A stretch of DNA of 26,427 nucleotides from Alphaproteobacteria bacterium (lineage in GTDB: Bacteria; Pseudomonadota; Alphaproteobacteria; Rhodospirillales; Magnetospirillaceae): the NCBI GenBank assembly GCA_021325215.1, contig JAJPHO010000020.1, positions 1 to 26,427 of the forward strand, given 5' to 3'. The notes under the pieces were generated by a model, which saw only the letters and a list, made by a program, of their open reading frames with translations, did not search any database and was not told the origin of the DNA. Each line of letters begins with the position of its first letter. Positions within the stretch are counted from its first letter, which is position 1. A program made the translations under genes and the position numbers. This document shows, one piece after another, positions 1-8,412 of this stretch.

Positions 1-158
1 CGATTGCGGCGATCGCGATAGGCATAACGCAGCGCCTTTTCCACGCGCTCGATGGCGATGCGGAAATTGGTGCTGCTGCGGCCGCGGTAGCCCTTGGCCA
101 GCTTGATGATCTTACGGTGACGGGCGTGCGTGGTTACGCCCCGCTTAACACGAGCCAT
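1..158 (-). CDS. rplT: 50S ribosomal protein L20, 5' part (gene continues beyond window start)
   Basis: Reverse translation from ATG at 156-158 gives [51 protein letters not shown], a canonical L20 N-terminus. It lies 3 nt downstream of the rpmI stop, the usual rpmI-rplT arrangement. Confidence 0.9.
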   Translation of the reverse strand, partial: MARVKRGVTTHARHRKIIKLAKGYRGRSSTNFRIAIERVEKALRYAYRDRRN

Positions 159-161
159 TTA

Positions 162-365
162 TCAGCCTCCGTACGGCAGGTAATGCTTCTTGACCGCCGG
201 GGCATCGACCTCGGCGACGATGAAGGTGCCGCGCGCCTGGCGCTTCATCTTCGACGTCTTGGCGGACAGGCAGTGGCGCTTGAACGCCACGTTAGCACGA
301 ACTTTACCGGTACCGGTCAGGCGGAGCCGCTTCTTGGCCGCGCTCTTGGTCTTCATCTTGGGCAT
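162..365 (-). CDS. rpmI: 50S ribosomal protein L35
   Basis: The ORF contains [46 protein letters not shown], the L35 signature. The start is taken at MPKMK rather than the upstream in-frame MKGLRK extension. Confidence 0.88.
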   Translation of the reverse strand: MPKMKTKSAAKKRLRLTGTGKVRANVAFKRHCLSAKTSKMKRQARGTFIVAEVDAPAVKKHYLPYGG

Positions 366-498
366 TTTTCGCAGACCTTTCAAATAGGTTCAGTACGATA
401 TCCAGGCGCCGAGGCATGCCCTTACAAGCCTCGCCCACCCAACGGAAGCGGAGGTTATAAAGGCGAGGCCGCCGATTTGCAAGCCTCGCCTCCATACC
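366..498 (-). promoter_or_regulatory. Structured rpmI leader that doubles as the 3' end of the flotillin-like gene. Three copies of an 8-mer (GCCTCGCC / GGCGAGGC) can form two mutually exclusive hairpins.
   Basis: Read on the minus strand the order is GGCGAGGC, 12 nt, GCCTCGCC, TTTATAA, 26 nt, GGCGAGGC. The middle arm can pair with either flank. The first hairpin is followed by a U-rich stretch, so it could terminate the flotillin-like gene. Confidence 0.4.
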
Positions 499-2526
499 TT
501 ACGCCGCCTTGTTGCGGATCAGCTGCGCGAGCAGCGCATCGACCAATCCGCCATGGCCGCCCTCGCCGCCGCCGGCCACCACGTCGGGGACCAGCTTGAC
601 GCCGGCTTTCGCCAGCGCCTCGGCGACCTGGACCAGGGCGTAATTGGCCGGGTCCATCGAGGCGATCTTGCGGCCGATCACCTCGGCTTCGGCTTCACCG
701 ACCGCCAGGGTCTTGCCGGCCTCGGCCTGACCGATCAGATCGAGCACGCGGGCATCGGCCTCGGCATTGATCGACTTGGCCTTGGCCTCGCCCTCCGCCT
801 TTTTGACCGCGCTATGCGCGTCATATTCGGCGATCGAAACGCGGCGTTCGGCGTCGACCACCTGGGCCTGGGTATTGGCCAGGGCGGTCGCCTGCTCCAG
901 CTTCTGGCGCACCGCCTGGGCCGCCACCTGGGTCTCGAAGGTGACCCGTTCCTGGTCGGCGATCTTGCGGTCGGTCAGCGTCTTCATCAGCGCTTCCGGC
1001 GGCGAGATATCGCCGATCAGGGTGTCGACGGCGCCGACGTCATAATCGCGCAGGGCGCTTTCGATGGCGCGGCGGGCCTGCCCCTGGCGTTCCGACCGGT
1101 TGCGCAGGAAATCGATGATGTCCGAATCCTGCGCCGCGTTACGGAAGTAATTGCCGATGGTAGGCTCAAGCACCTGGGTCACCAGATTCTCCACCGAACC
1201 GAACCGCGCGATCACCTTGGGCGCATCCTTGCCCGGGATATGGATGATCTGCGAGACGTCGAGATTGAAGCGGAAGCCGTCGCCAGACCTGACCGCGATG
1301 GTCGAGAGATTGGCATCGAGCTTATGCGCCTCGGTCTTACCGTCCGCCCAGTTCAGCACCACATTCGCCGTCGGCACCGCCCGCACATTATGGGTGTAGG
1401 GGTTGATGGCGTAGCGGCCCGGATCGAGCGGGGTTACCCACACGCCCTTCTCGCCGCGGCTGACCAGATTGCCGTGGCGGAAGTCTTCGCCGGTGACGTC
1501 GCGGCCATCCTTGCCGACGAAGGCGATCACCACGCCGACATGGGCGATCGGCACCTCGACCATGTCGATGATCTCGACGGTGGCGAAGCGCGGATTGATG
1601 AAATAGCGCCCGGCCAGCAGAACCTGTTCCTGCAGGCCCTTCATGCCGCCTCTGTCGAGGAAGGCCTGCGGGTCCTGGAACCCGTTATGCCCCTCGATCT
1701 GGGGACCGGCGATTTCACCGGTCCCCAGCGCCGCACCCTCGCGGGTGGTGACGATGCCGAGACGGTTCTGCGGAATATCGAGCACATCGGTCATGGTGAC
1801 ACTGAACAATAACGGGTTGATGCGATAGCTGCCCGGCGGCACGACATTCATCTGCGGGCCGCGCTGGCCGCCGGCGGCGATGAAGGCGCCGCCATCCTGA
1901 AAACTGTCGCACTCGACCGAGCGGGCGATGATGCGGCCGGCCGGCAGGGATAAGCCATCCAGGGCCTCGACGATGCCGAGCTTGCCCGGCGGAATGGTGA
2001 CCGCGTCGGCCAGTTCCACCTCGAACAGCAATTCGTTGATGCGATAGCTGCCCGGCGGGATCACCGTCATTTGCGGACCGCGCTCACCGCCCGCCTCGAT
2101 GAAGGCGCGGGCATCCTGGAAGAAATCGCACTCGACCGGCCGGCCGACGATGCGCCCGGTCGGCAGCGGATTGCCGTCGCGGGCCACCACCACGCCGATC
2201 TGGTCGGGCGGAACGATCAGGAACTTGTTCATCACGATCTGATACTGCCAGGGCCACAGGCCGAGATGCAGGCCGGGCGCCAGGGTGTCGGCCTGCTGGC
2301 CGGCCTCGCCGCCCAGGGCGACGATACGCCCGTCGGGCAGGGTGGCATTGCCGAACAGGGCGAATTTCTTGGTGACCAGACCGATCGAATCGTTGGGCAC
2401 CAGGATCACGCCGAACAGCCACAGGATCTTCTGCCAGAAGATCAGCAGAACGATGAGGAACAGGAAGGCGGCGGCGCCGCCGACAGTGAGCAGGCCGCCA
2501 TTGTGCTGAGACAACAGGGACAACAT
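499..2526 (-). CDS. Flotillin-like (SPFH/band-7 plus Flot C-terminal coiled-coil) membrane protein with five N-terminal tandem repeats
   Basis: N-terminal transmembrane helix (AAAFLFLIVLLIFWQKILWLFGV). Five tandem units of about 70 aa follow (residues about 43-385). An SPFH core (AHKLDANLSTIAVRSGDGFRFNLDVSQIIHIPGKDAPKVIARFGS...) and an Ala/Glu/Lys-rich C-terminal coiled coil resemble YqiK/flotillin. Confidence 0.7.
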   Translation of the reverse strand: MLSLLSQHNGGLLTVGGAAAFLFLIVLLIFWQKILWLFGVILVPNDSIGLVTKKFALFGNATLPDGRIVALGGEAGQQADTLAPGLHLGLWPWQYQIVMNKFLIVPPDQIGVVVARDGNPLPTGRIVGRPVECDFFQDARAFIEAGGERGPQMTVIPPGSYRINELLFEVELADAVTIPPGKLGIVEALDGLSLPAGRIIARSVECDSFQDGGAFIAAGGQRGPQMNVVPPGSYRINPLLFSVTMTDVLDIPQNRLGIVTTREGAALGTGEIAGPQIEGHNGFQDPQAFLDRGGMKGLQEQVLLAGRYFINPRFATVEIIDMVEVPIAHVGVVIAFVGKDGRDVTGEDFRHGNLVSRGEKGVWVTPLDPGRYAINPYTHNVRAVPTANVVLNWADGKTEAHKLDANLSTIAVRSGDGFRFNLDVSQIIHIPGKDAPKVIARFGSVENLVTQVLEPTIGNYFRNAAQDSDIIDFLRNRSERQGQARRAIESALRDYDVGAVDTLIGDISPPEALMKTLTDRKIADQERVTFETQVAAQAVRQKLEQATALANTQAQVVDAERRVSIAEYDAHSAVKKAEGEAKAKSINAEADARVLDLIGQAEAGKTLAVGEAEAEVIGRKIASMDPANYALVQVAEALAKAGVKLVPDVVAGGGEGGHGGLVDALLAQLIRNKAA
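1372..2400 (-). repeat. Intragenic tandem repeat array: five units of about 210 bp, each encoding a motif like V-P-x-x-x-I-G-V-V ... P-x-G-R-I ... F-Q-D ... G-G-x-R-G-P-Q ... P-P-G-S-Y-R-I-N
   Basis: Repeat units at protein residues 43-100, 104-176, 177-250, 251-323 and 324-385. Units 2 and 3 are also clearly similar at the DNA level (about 1779-1998 versus 1999-2217; for example gatgcgatagctgcccggcgg occurs in both). Confidence 0.75.
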
Positions 2527-2668
2527 GGTGTGGTCCTTCGAAGAAGGAATGGAGGAGCCGGGAATCGGCCCCTCGGAGGGGACGCAGGAACTCTACGTCT
2601 TTTTCGTGTAAAATATCGAGACGGGTTTGCCCGCGTTTTTTACGCCGCGCTTACGCTCTTGACCGGGA

Positions 2669-2682
2669 GGCGCAGCTGCGCC
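2669..2682. promoter_or_regulatory. Perfect 14-bp palindrome GGCGCAGCTGCGCC in the divergent flotillin/ferredoxin promoter region
   Basis: Exact palindrome 44 bp upstream of the ferredoxin start. It lies in the spacer of a putative TTGACC-N18-CTATCT promoter. Confidence 0.35.
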
Positions 2683-2725
2683 TATCTGGCCCTATAACAG
2701 CCGATCTCGTCTTCGAGGAACCTGA

Positions 2726-3043
2726 ATGGCACGCATTACTTATGTTGAGTTCAACGGTACCCGGCACAGCATCGACGTGCCGCCCGGCCAGTCGGTGATG
2801 GAGGGGGCCGTCCGCAACGGCGTTCCCGGCATCGACGCCGATTGCGGCGGCAATTGCGCCTGCGCCACCTGTCACGTCTATGTCGACCCGGCCTGGGTCG
2901 CCAAGGTCACCGGCCCGGAAGACAGCGAGAAATCGATGCTGGAATTCGTGCGCGGCGCCGAGACCAATTCCCGCCTGTCCTGCCAGATGGCTGTGACCGA
3001 GGCCCTGGACGGCCTCGTGGTGACGATGCCGGAACGGCAATAA
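2726..3043 (+). CDS. [2Fe-2S] ferredoxin, adrenodoxin/putidaredoxin type
   Basis: 105 aa. The cysteine spacing [12 protein letters not shown] ... C matches vertebrate-type 2Fe-2S ferredoxins, and [18 protein letters not shown] is a typical N-terminus. Confidence 0.85.
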   Translation: MARITYVEFNGTRHSIDVPPGQSVMEGAVRNGVPGIDADCGGNCACATCHVYVDPAWVAKVTGPEDSEKSMLEFVRGAETNSRLSCQMAVTEALDGLVVTMPERQ

Positions 3044-3053
3044 AGGGCGCTTC

Positions 3054-3109
3054 AACACCAAGGGCACCAAGCGGCCTGAGCGGCACGCCGGCTTGGTGGT
3101 CTTGGTGTT
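3054..3109. terminator. Long imperfect hairpin between the convergent ferredoxin and enoyl-CoA hydratase genes (likely bidirectional terminator)
   Basis: aacaccaagggcaccaagc, an 18-nt loop, then gcttggtggtcttggtgtt (19-nt arms, 2 mismatches). It is followed by ttaattaaattt on the plus strand. Confidence 0.5.
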
Positions 3110-3872
3110 AATTAAATTTGCTGAAGTCGGGCTGACGCTTTTCCAGGAAAGCTGTGGCCGCTTCCTTGAGCTCCGGCGAGGTCAGCCGTTCCTTGAAGAC
3201 GGTCAGCTCTTCGTCGATGCGCGACATCGTGCGGCCGGAATCCGACTGCATCAGCGCCTTGGTGGCACGCAGGGCCGACGCCGGCAGAGCGCGCAACTTG
3301 CCGATCACCGTCTGCGTCGCGGGCTCCAGCTGATCGGGTTCGACCAGTTGGCTGACCAGGCCGAAGCGTTCGGCCTCCGCGGCGGAGAAGCTGTCACCCA
3401 GCAGCAGCAGGCGGGCGGCGCGCTGATAGCCCATCACTTGCGGCAGCAGCAGCGAGCTGCCGGCCTCGGGCACCAGGCCCAGCTTGGTGAAGGGCAGCGC
3501 GAACACGGCGTTGGTCGCCGCGATCACCAGATCGCAATGCAGCAGCAAGGTCGTGCCGATCCCCACCGCCGAGCCTTGCACGGCGGCGACCATCGGCACA
3601 GGCACCTTGGGCAGCGCGCGGATGAAATGGATGGTGGGGTGATTGTCGTCCTGGGGCGGCGCCGCCAGGAAATCCTTCAGATCGTTGCCGGCCGAGAAGC
3701 TGTCGCCCTCGCCCGAGAACAGGACCGCCCGGACCGTATTGTCGATCGACAGCAGCGCCTCGGCCATGGCGAGATACATGGCCCGGGTGATGGCGTTCTT
3801 CTTGTCGGGGCGGGAAAAGCGGATGGAGAGAATTCCATCCGCCTTGGTAATCGAAACGCCCTCGCCGCTCAT
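3108..3872 (-). CDS. Enoyl-CoA hydratase/isomerase (crotonase family)
   Basis: 254 aa. ITKADGILSIRFSRPDKKNAI ... FSAGNDLKDF ... AVQGSAVGIGTTLLLHCDLVIA is the crotonase-fold signature. Its start codon overlaps the infC stop (TGATG). Confidence 0.85.
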   Translation of the reverse strand: MSGEGVSITKADGILSIRFSRPDKKNAITRAMYLAMAEALLSIDNTVRAVLFSGEGDSFSAGNDLKDFLAAPPQDDNHPTIHFIRALPKVPVPMVAAVQGSAVGIGTTLLLHCDLVIAATNAVFALPFTKLGLVPEAGSSLLLPQVMGYQRAARLLLLGDSFSAAEAERFGLVSQLVEPDQLEPATQTVIGKLRALPASALRATKALMQSDSGRTMSRIDEELTVFKERLTSPELKEAATAFLEKRQPDFSKFN

Positions 3873-4393
3873 CAGCGGGGCGCCACGATCATGACCATCT
3901 GCCGGCCTTCCATGCGCGGCATGCTCTCGATCTTGGCCAGATCGTCCAGCTGTTCGCGCACCCGGTCGAGCAGCTGCATGCCCAGATGCTGGTGAGCCAT
4001 TTCGCGGCCGCGGAAGCGGAGCGTAATCTTCACCTTGTCGCCCTCGCCGAGGAATTTGCGCATGGCGCGCATCTTCACATCGTAATCGTTGTCGTCGATG
4101 TTCGGGCGGAGTTTCACCTCCTTGACCTCGATGACCTTCTGCTTCTTGCGGGCCTCGTTCTTCTTCTTCTGGGCTTCGTACTTGAATTTTCCGAAGTCGA
4201 GAATCTTACAGACCGGCGGATCGGCATTGGGCGACACTTCGACGAGGTCGAGTCCGACCTCAGCCGCCATTTCCAGACCCTCTCGCAGAGAAACGACTCC
4301 AACCATCTCTCCATCGGCATCAATCAGCCGGATGGTGCGGGAGTCAATTTCGTTATTCACGCGCGGACCGTCCTGGTCCTTCGGCGCAGTCAT
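3872..4393 (-). CDS. infC: Translation initiation factor IF-3
   Basis: 173 aa. [62 protein letters not shown] ... [20 protein letters not shown] aligns along the whole length with IF-3. Confidence 0.92.
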   Translation of the reverse strand: MTAPKDQDGPRVNNEIDSRTIRLIDADGEMVGVVSLREGLEMAAEVGLDLVEVSPNADPPVCKILDFGKFKYEAQKKKNEARKKQKVIEVKEVKLRPNIDDNDYDVKMRAMRKFLGEGDKVKITLRFRGREMAHQHLGMQLLDRVREQLDDLAKIESMPRMEGRQMVMIVAPR

Positions 4394-4445
4394 GGGTGGA
4401 CGGGGTATGAAACTCTCCTAAGATAATTTGAACGCCAGAAACGAC

Positions 4446-6362
4446 TCACGCCGAGGGCGGAGTCGAGTCCGACGCGATTTTAACAATCGCATCTTCCAGC
4501 GCAAGGATTTCTTGGTTCGCGCCGCCCAAAGTCCGCAGAGCCACAGATTGGTTCTCGGCCTCCTTCTTGCCGACCACCAGCATGACCGGGACCTTGGCCA
4601 GGGAATGTTCGCGGACCTTATAGTTGATCTTCTCGTTGCGAAGATCGAGTTCGGCGCGGATTCCCGCAGCTTTCAGGCGCGCCAGAACGGCCTTGGCGTA
4701 ATCGTCGGCCTCGTTGGTGATGGTGGCGATCACCACCTGCACCGGGGCCAGCCACATCGGGAACCTGCCGGCGTGATGCTCGATCAGGATGCCGAGGAAG
4801 CGCTCGAACGAGCCGAGGATCGCGCGGTGCAGCATCACCGGAGGATGTTTGGCGCCGTCCTCGCCGATGTAATGGGCGTCGAGGCGGTCGGGCAGCACGA
4901 AATCGACCTGCAGCGTGCCGCACTGCCAGTCGCGGCCGATGGCGTCACGCAGGACGAATTCGAGCTTCGGGCCATAGAAGGCGCCCTCGCCCGGATTGAG
5001 GATGGTTTCGATCCCGGCGGCGGCCGAAGCCTCCAGCAGCGCCTTCTCAGCCTTGTCCCACACCTCGTCGGAACCGGCGCGCAGGGCGGGACGATCCGAG
5101 AACTTCACCTTGACGTCGGTGAAGCCGAAATCGGCGTAGACGTCTTTCAACAGTTCGCAGAAAGCGATGGTCTCGCTGGTGATCTGGTCCGGCGTGCAGA
5201 AGATGTGCGCGTCGTCCTGGGTGAAGGCGCGCACGCGCATGATGCCGTGCATCGCGCCCGACGGCTCATAGCGATGGCACGAGCCGAACTCGGCCATGCG
5301 CAGCGGCAGGTCGCGATAGCTGGTGATGCCGGTCTTGAAGATCTGCACATGGCACGGGCAATTCATCGGCTTGATGGCCAGCGTGCGGTCGTCCTGGGTG
5401 TGGACGGTGAACATGTTGGCCTGGAACTTGTCCCAGTGGCCCGAAGCTTCCCACAGCGCGCGGTCGAGCATCTGCGGGGTCTTGACCTCCTGGTAGTCGT
5501 TCTTCTCCAGCCGGCGGCGCATATAGGATTCGACCGTGCGCCACAGGGTCCAGCCCTTGGGGTGCCAGAACACCGAGCCGACCGCCTCTTCCTGCTGGTG
5601 GAACAGATTCATCTCGCGGCCCAGGCGGCGGTGATCGCGCTTTTCGGCCTCTTCCAGCATCAGCAGATAGGCGTCGAGCTGCTTCTGGTCGAACCAGGCG
5701 GTGCCGTAGATGCGCTGAAGCATCTCGTTCTTGGAATCGCCGCGCCAATAGGCGCCGGCCACCTTCATCAGCTTGAAGGCATGGCCAAGCTTCTTCGTGG
5801 TCGGCAGATGCGGACCGCGGCACAGATCGATGAACGCGCCCTGGCGGTAGAGACCGATCGGCTGGTCGGCGGGAATGCCGGCGATGATCTCGGCCTTGTA
5901 CTTCTCGCCCATGCCTTCGAAGAACTTGACCGCGGCGTCGCGCTCCCACTCTTCGCGGACGATCTTCTCGTCTCGGTCGACGATCTCGTGCATGCGCTGC
6001 TCGATCTTGACCAGATCGTCGGGCGTGAACGGGGTGGCGCGCGAGAAATCGTAATAGAAGCCGTTCTCGATGGCCGGGCCGATGGTGACCTGGGTCTCGG
6101 GATAGAGCTCCTTGACCGCCTCAGCCATCACATGCGCCGCGTCGTGGCGCAGCAATTCGAGGGCGTCGGCATCCTTGGCGGTGACGATCGACAGCTTGAC
6201 GTCGCGGTCGATGATCGCCTCGAGGTCCTTCATGTCCTCGCCGATGCGGATGGCCAGCGCCGCCTTGGCCAGGCCGGCGCCGATCGAGGCCGCCACGGTA
6301 GTGCCCGTCACCGGCCCGTCAAAAGAGCGGACAGATCCATCGGGCAGGGTAATGGCGACCAT
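4446..6362 (-). CDS. thrS: Threonyl-tRNA synthetase
   Basis: 638 aa. N-terminal TGS domain ([16 protein letters not shown]), editing domain, class II core ([28 protein letters not shown] ... [30 protein letters not shown]) and C-terminal anticodon-binding domain. Confidence 0.95.
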   Translation of the reverse strand: MVAITLPDGSVRSFDGPVTGTTVAASIGAGLAKAALAIRIGEDMKDLEAIIDRDVKLSIVTAKDADALELLRHDAAHVMAEAVKELYPETQVTIGPAIENGFYYDFSRATPFTPDDLVKIEQRMHEIVDRDEKIVREEWERDAAVKFFEGMGEKYKAEIIAGIPADQPIGLYRQGAFIDLCRGPHLPTTKKLGHAFKLMKVAGAYWRGDSKNEMLQRIYGTAWFDQKQLDAYLLMLEEAEKRDHRRLGREMNLFHQQEEAVGSVFWHPKGWTLWRTVESYMRRRLEKNDYQEVKTPQMLDRALWEASGHWDKFQANMFTVHTQDDRTLAIKPMNCPCHVQIFKTGITSYRDLPLRMAEFGSCHRYEPSGAMHGIMRVRAFTQDDAHIFCTPDQITSETIAFCELLKDVYADFGFTDVKVKFSDRPALRAGSDEVWDKAEKALLEASAAAGIETILNPGEGAFYGPKLEFVLRDAIGRDWQCGTLQVDFVLPDRLDAHYIGEDGAKHPPVMLHRAILGSFERFLGILIEHHAGRFPMWLAPVQVVIATITNEADDYAKAVLARLKAAGIRAELDLRNEKINYKVREHSLAKVPVMLVVGKKEAENQSVALRTLGGANQEILALEDAIVKIASDSTPPSA

Positions 6363-6372
6363 GGCGAACTCT

Positions 6373-6432
6373 CATTCCTTGAAGTTAGGGAACTGGCGAC
6401 ATTAAGGAGTTTGGCCAAGCTGTCAAGGAATG
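6373..6432 (-). promoter_or_regulatory. Stem-loop in the thrS 5' leader with a perfect 10-bp stem that includes the Shine-Dalgarno region
   Basis: cattccttga (6373-6382) and tcaaggaatg (6423-6432) are exact inverted repeats. On the mRNA the 3' arm UCAAGGAAUG ends 10 nt before the AUG and covers the AAGGA sequence. Confidence 0.45.
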
Positions 6433-6484
6433 CGGGCGGCGGTTCGTTTGACAATGTCGCGGCCCGCGCGCATTGTATGAGTTA

Positions 6485-6877
6485 ATGCATACACACACGC
6501 ACGATTTCCTGACCCAGCTCACTCTGCGCGACGACGGCGTGCCGATCTATGTGCAGATCCGCGAGCAGTTCCTCGCCGCCATCGCCACCGGCGCTCTGGC
6601 GCGGGGCAGCCAATTGCCGACCATGCGGGAAGTCGCCGTGGCGCTGAAGGTGGATCTCAACACCGTCCGTCACGCTTATGAAGAGATGGAGCGCCGGGGC
6701 GCCATCGACCTGGTGCGCGGGCGTGGCTCGTTCGTCGCCAACCACCCCTCGCCCGCGCCAATAGATGCCGACCCGCTCGACCGGATGGCGCTGGCCGCCA
6801 TCGCGCGCAGCCTGGAAGCCGGCTTCGCCCCGGCCGAACTCGCCCACCGCATTCTCCGCCTGTGCAAGGGAGTCTGA
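6485..6877 (+). CDS. GntR-family transcriptional regulator (small YtrA-like subtype)
   Basis: About 130 aa. The winged-helix motif is LPTMREVAVALKVDLNTVRHAYEEMERRGAIDLVRGRGSFV. An alternative TTG start lies at 6473. Its stop is 4 nt before the next gene. Confidence 0.8.
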   Translation: MHTHTHDFLTQLTLRDDGVPIYVQIREQFLAAIATGALARGSQLPTMREVAVALKVDLNTVRHAYEEMERRGAIDLVRGRGSFVANHPSPAPIDADPLDRMALAAIARSLEAGFAPAELAHRILRLCKGV

Positions 6878-6881
6878 AATC

Positions 6882-7793
6882 ATGGCCGTATCCTTCGTGA
6901 AAAACGCCTTCTCCTCGGGTTATCGCGACACCAATCCGCTGGTGAAGCTGCTGAGCGGCCTGTTCGGCGCCGCCGCGCTCGCCACCTTCCTGCTGACCCG
7001 GTTCCTGCTGCTGCCGCCGATGGCTTATGCCGTCCCCGCGGTGCTGCTGGGAATAGCCGTGCTGATCCCGAAAACCTTGATGGTCGCCAATCAGTGGGAA
7101 AAAGGCATCGTGCTGCGTCTCGGCAGGCTGCGGTCGATCTCCGGCCCCGGCCTGTTCTGGATCGTGCCCTTCTATGACGAGGTGGCATCCTGGATCGACC
7201 AGCGCATCCAGACCACCGAATTCAACGCCGAGCAGGCGCTGACCCGCGACACGGTGCCGGTCAATGTCGACGCCATCGTGTTCTGGCAGGTCCATGACAC
7301 CGAGCGGGCGGCGATGGAGATCGTCGATTACCGCAGCGCCATCGAGCGCGTCTCGCAGACCACATTGCGTGAGACCATCGGCTCCTCGCCCCTCTCCGCC
7401 CTGCTGTCCCAGCGCGAGAAGGCCGACGCCTATCTCAAGGACACCATCGGCGCCAAGACCGCCGAATGGGGCATCTCGGTGATCTCGGTCGAGATCCGCG
7501 ACGTGTCGATCCCGGCCGGACTGCAGGACGCGATGAGCCGCCAGGCCCAGGCCGAGCGCGAGAAGGAAGCCCGCGTCATCCTCGGTTCCGCCGAAGCGGC
7601 GGTGGCGCAGCAATTCCTCGACGCCGCCAATCTTTACGGCACCAACCCGGTGGCCCTGCAGCTGCGCGCCATGAACATCGTCTACGAGACCACCAAGGAG
7701 CGCGGCGCCACGATCCTGATACCGTCCGCCATGGTCGATGCGATGAATCCTGCGGGCCTGATGGGGCTGGTCCAGGGCCTTAAAGAAAACTAA
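6882..7793 (+). CDS. SPFH/band-7 family protein, stomatin-like (slipin)
   Basis: 303 aa. Two N-terminal hydrophobic segments, then NQWEKGIVLRLGRLRSISGPGLFWIVPFYDEV ... TRDTVPVNVDAIVFWQV ... the stomatin core, and a C-terminal charged helix. Confidence 0.85.
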   Translation: MAVSFVKNAFSSGYRDTNPLVKLLSGLFGAAALATFLLTRFLLLPPMAYAVPAVLLGIAVLIPKTLMVANQWEKGIVLRLGRLRSISGPGLFWIVPFYDEVASWIDQRIQTTEFNAEQALTRDTVPVNVDAIVFWQVHDTERAAMEIVDYRSAIERVSQTTLRETIGSSPLSALLSQREKADAYLKDTIGAKTAEWGISVISVEIRDVSIPAGLQDAMSRQAQAEREKEARVILGSAEAAVAQQFLDAANLYGTNPVALQLRAMNIVYETTKERGATILIPSAMVDAMNPAGLMGLVQGLKEN

Positions 7794-7825
7794 GGTAATC
7801 GCACTCAATCCCCCCGGAGGCCTCC

Positions 7826-8401
7826 GTGCGTAAATTACTGTTCTCGCTGCTGTTCCTGGCTGCCACTCCCGTTCTCGCCGCCGCCGACAAGACCTGGCCG
7901 ATCGACGAGACGCTGGGTAAGCCCGACGCTCCGATCACCATCATCGAATATGCCTCGCTGACCTGTTCGCACTGCGCCGAGTTCGAAGGCAAGGTCTGGC
8001 CGCAACTGAAGAAGGACTGGCTGGATACCGGCAAGGCCAAACTGGTCTATCGCGACTATGTGTGGGACGGCATGGCGGAAGCGGCGGCGATGATCTCGCA
8101 TTGCGCCGGGCATGACCGCTATTACGCCTTCGTCGAGACCTTCTTCCATAGCCAGGCCAATTGGCTGCAATCCGCGCAGCCGCTGGAAAGCCTGAAGAAC
8201 ATCGCCAAGCTGGGCGGCATGAGCGGCGACCAGGTCAATGCCTGTCTGGCCGACAAGGCCCTGCTGAACCAGATCCTGGCCCGCAAGGACGACGCCGAGA
8301 AGCTCTACGACGTTCATTCGACGCCGACCTTCGTCATCAACGGCAAGGTCTATACCAGCGTCTCGCCGGACTATCAGGCCTTCACCCAGCTGCTGAAGTA
8401 A
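7826..8401 (+). CDS. Periplasmic DsbA-family thiol:disulfide oxidoreductase
   Basis: GTG start with GGAGG 5 nt upstream. Signal peptide MRKLLFSLLFLAATPVLAAA. Thioredoxin-fold CSHC active site in the context IIEYASLTCSHCAEF. Confidence 0.82.
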   Translation: MRKLLFSLLFLAATPVLAAADKTWPIDETLGKPDAPITIIEYASLTCSHCAEFEGKVWPQLKKDWLDTGKAKLVYRDYVWDGMAEAAAMISHCAGHDRYYAFVETFFHSQANWLQSAQPLESLKNIAKLGGMSGDQVNACLADKALLNQILARKDDAEKLYDVHSTPTFVINGKVYTSVSPDYQAFTQLLK

Positions 8402-8412
8402 GGAGCCGGATC

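Noticed and set aside
553-1812. 419-aa plus-strand ORF
   Set aside because: Antisense shadow of the flotillin-like gene. It is Gly/Arg/Asp-rich and has no domain signature.
3093-3995. 300-aa plus-strand ORF
   Set aside because: Antisense to the enoyl-CoA hydratase and infC.
4428-6485. 685-aa plus-strand ORF
   Set aside because: It is antisense to thrS and has a low-complexity R/A/G/D-rich composition typical of shadow ORFs in high-GC DNA. thrS on the opposite strand has unambiguous homology.
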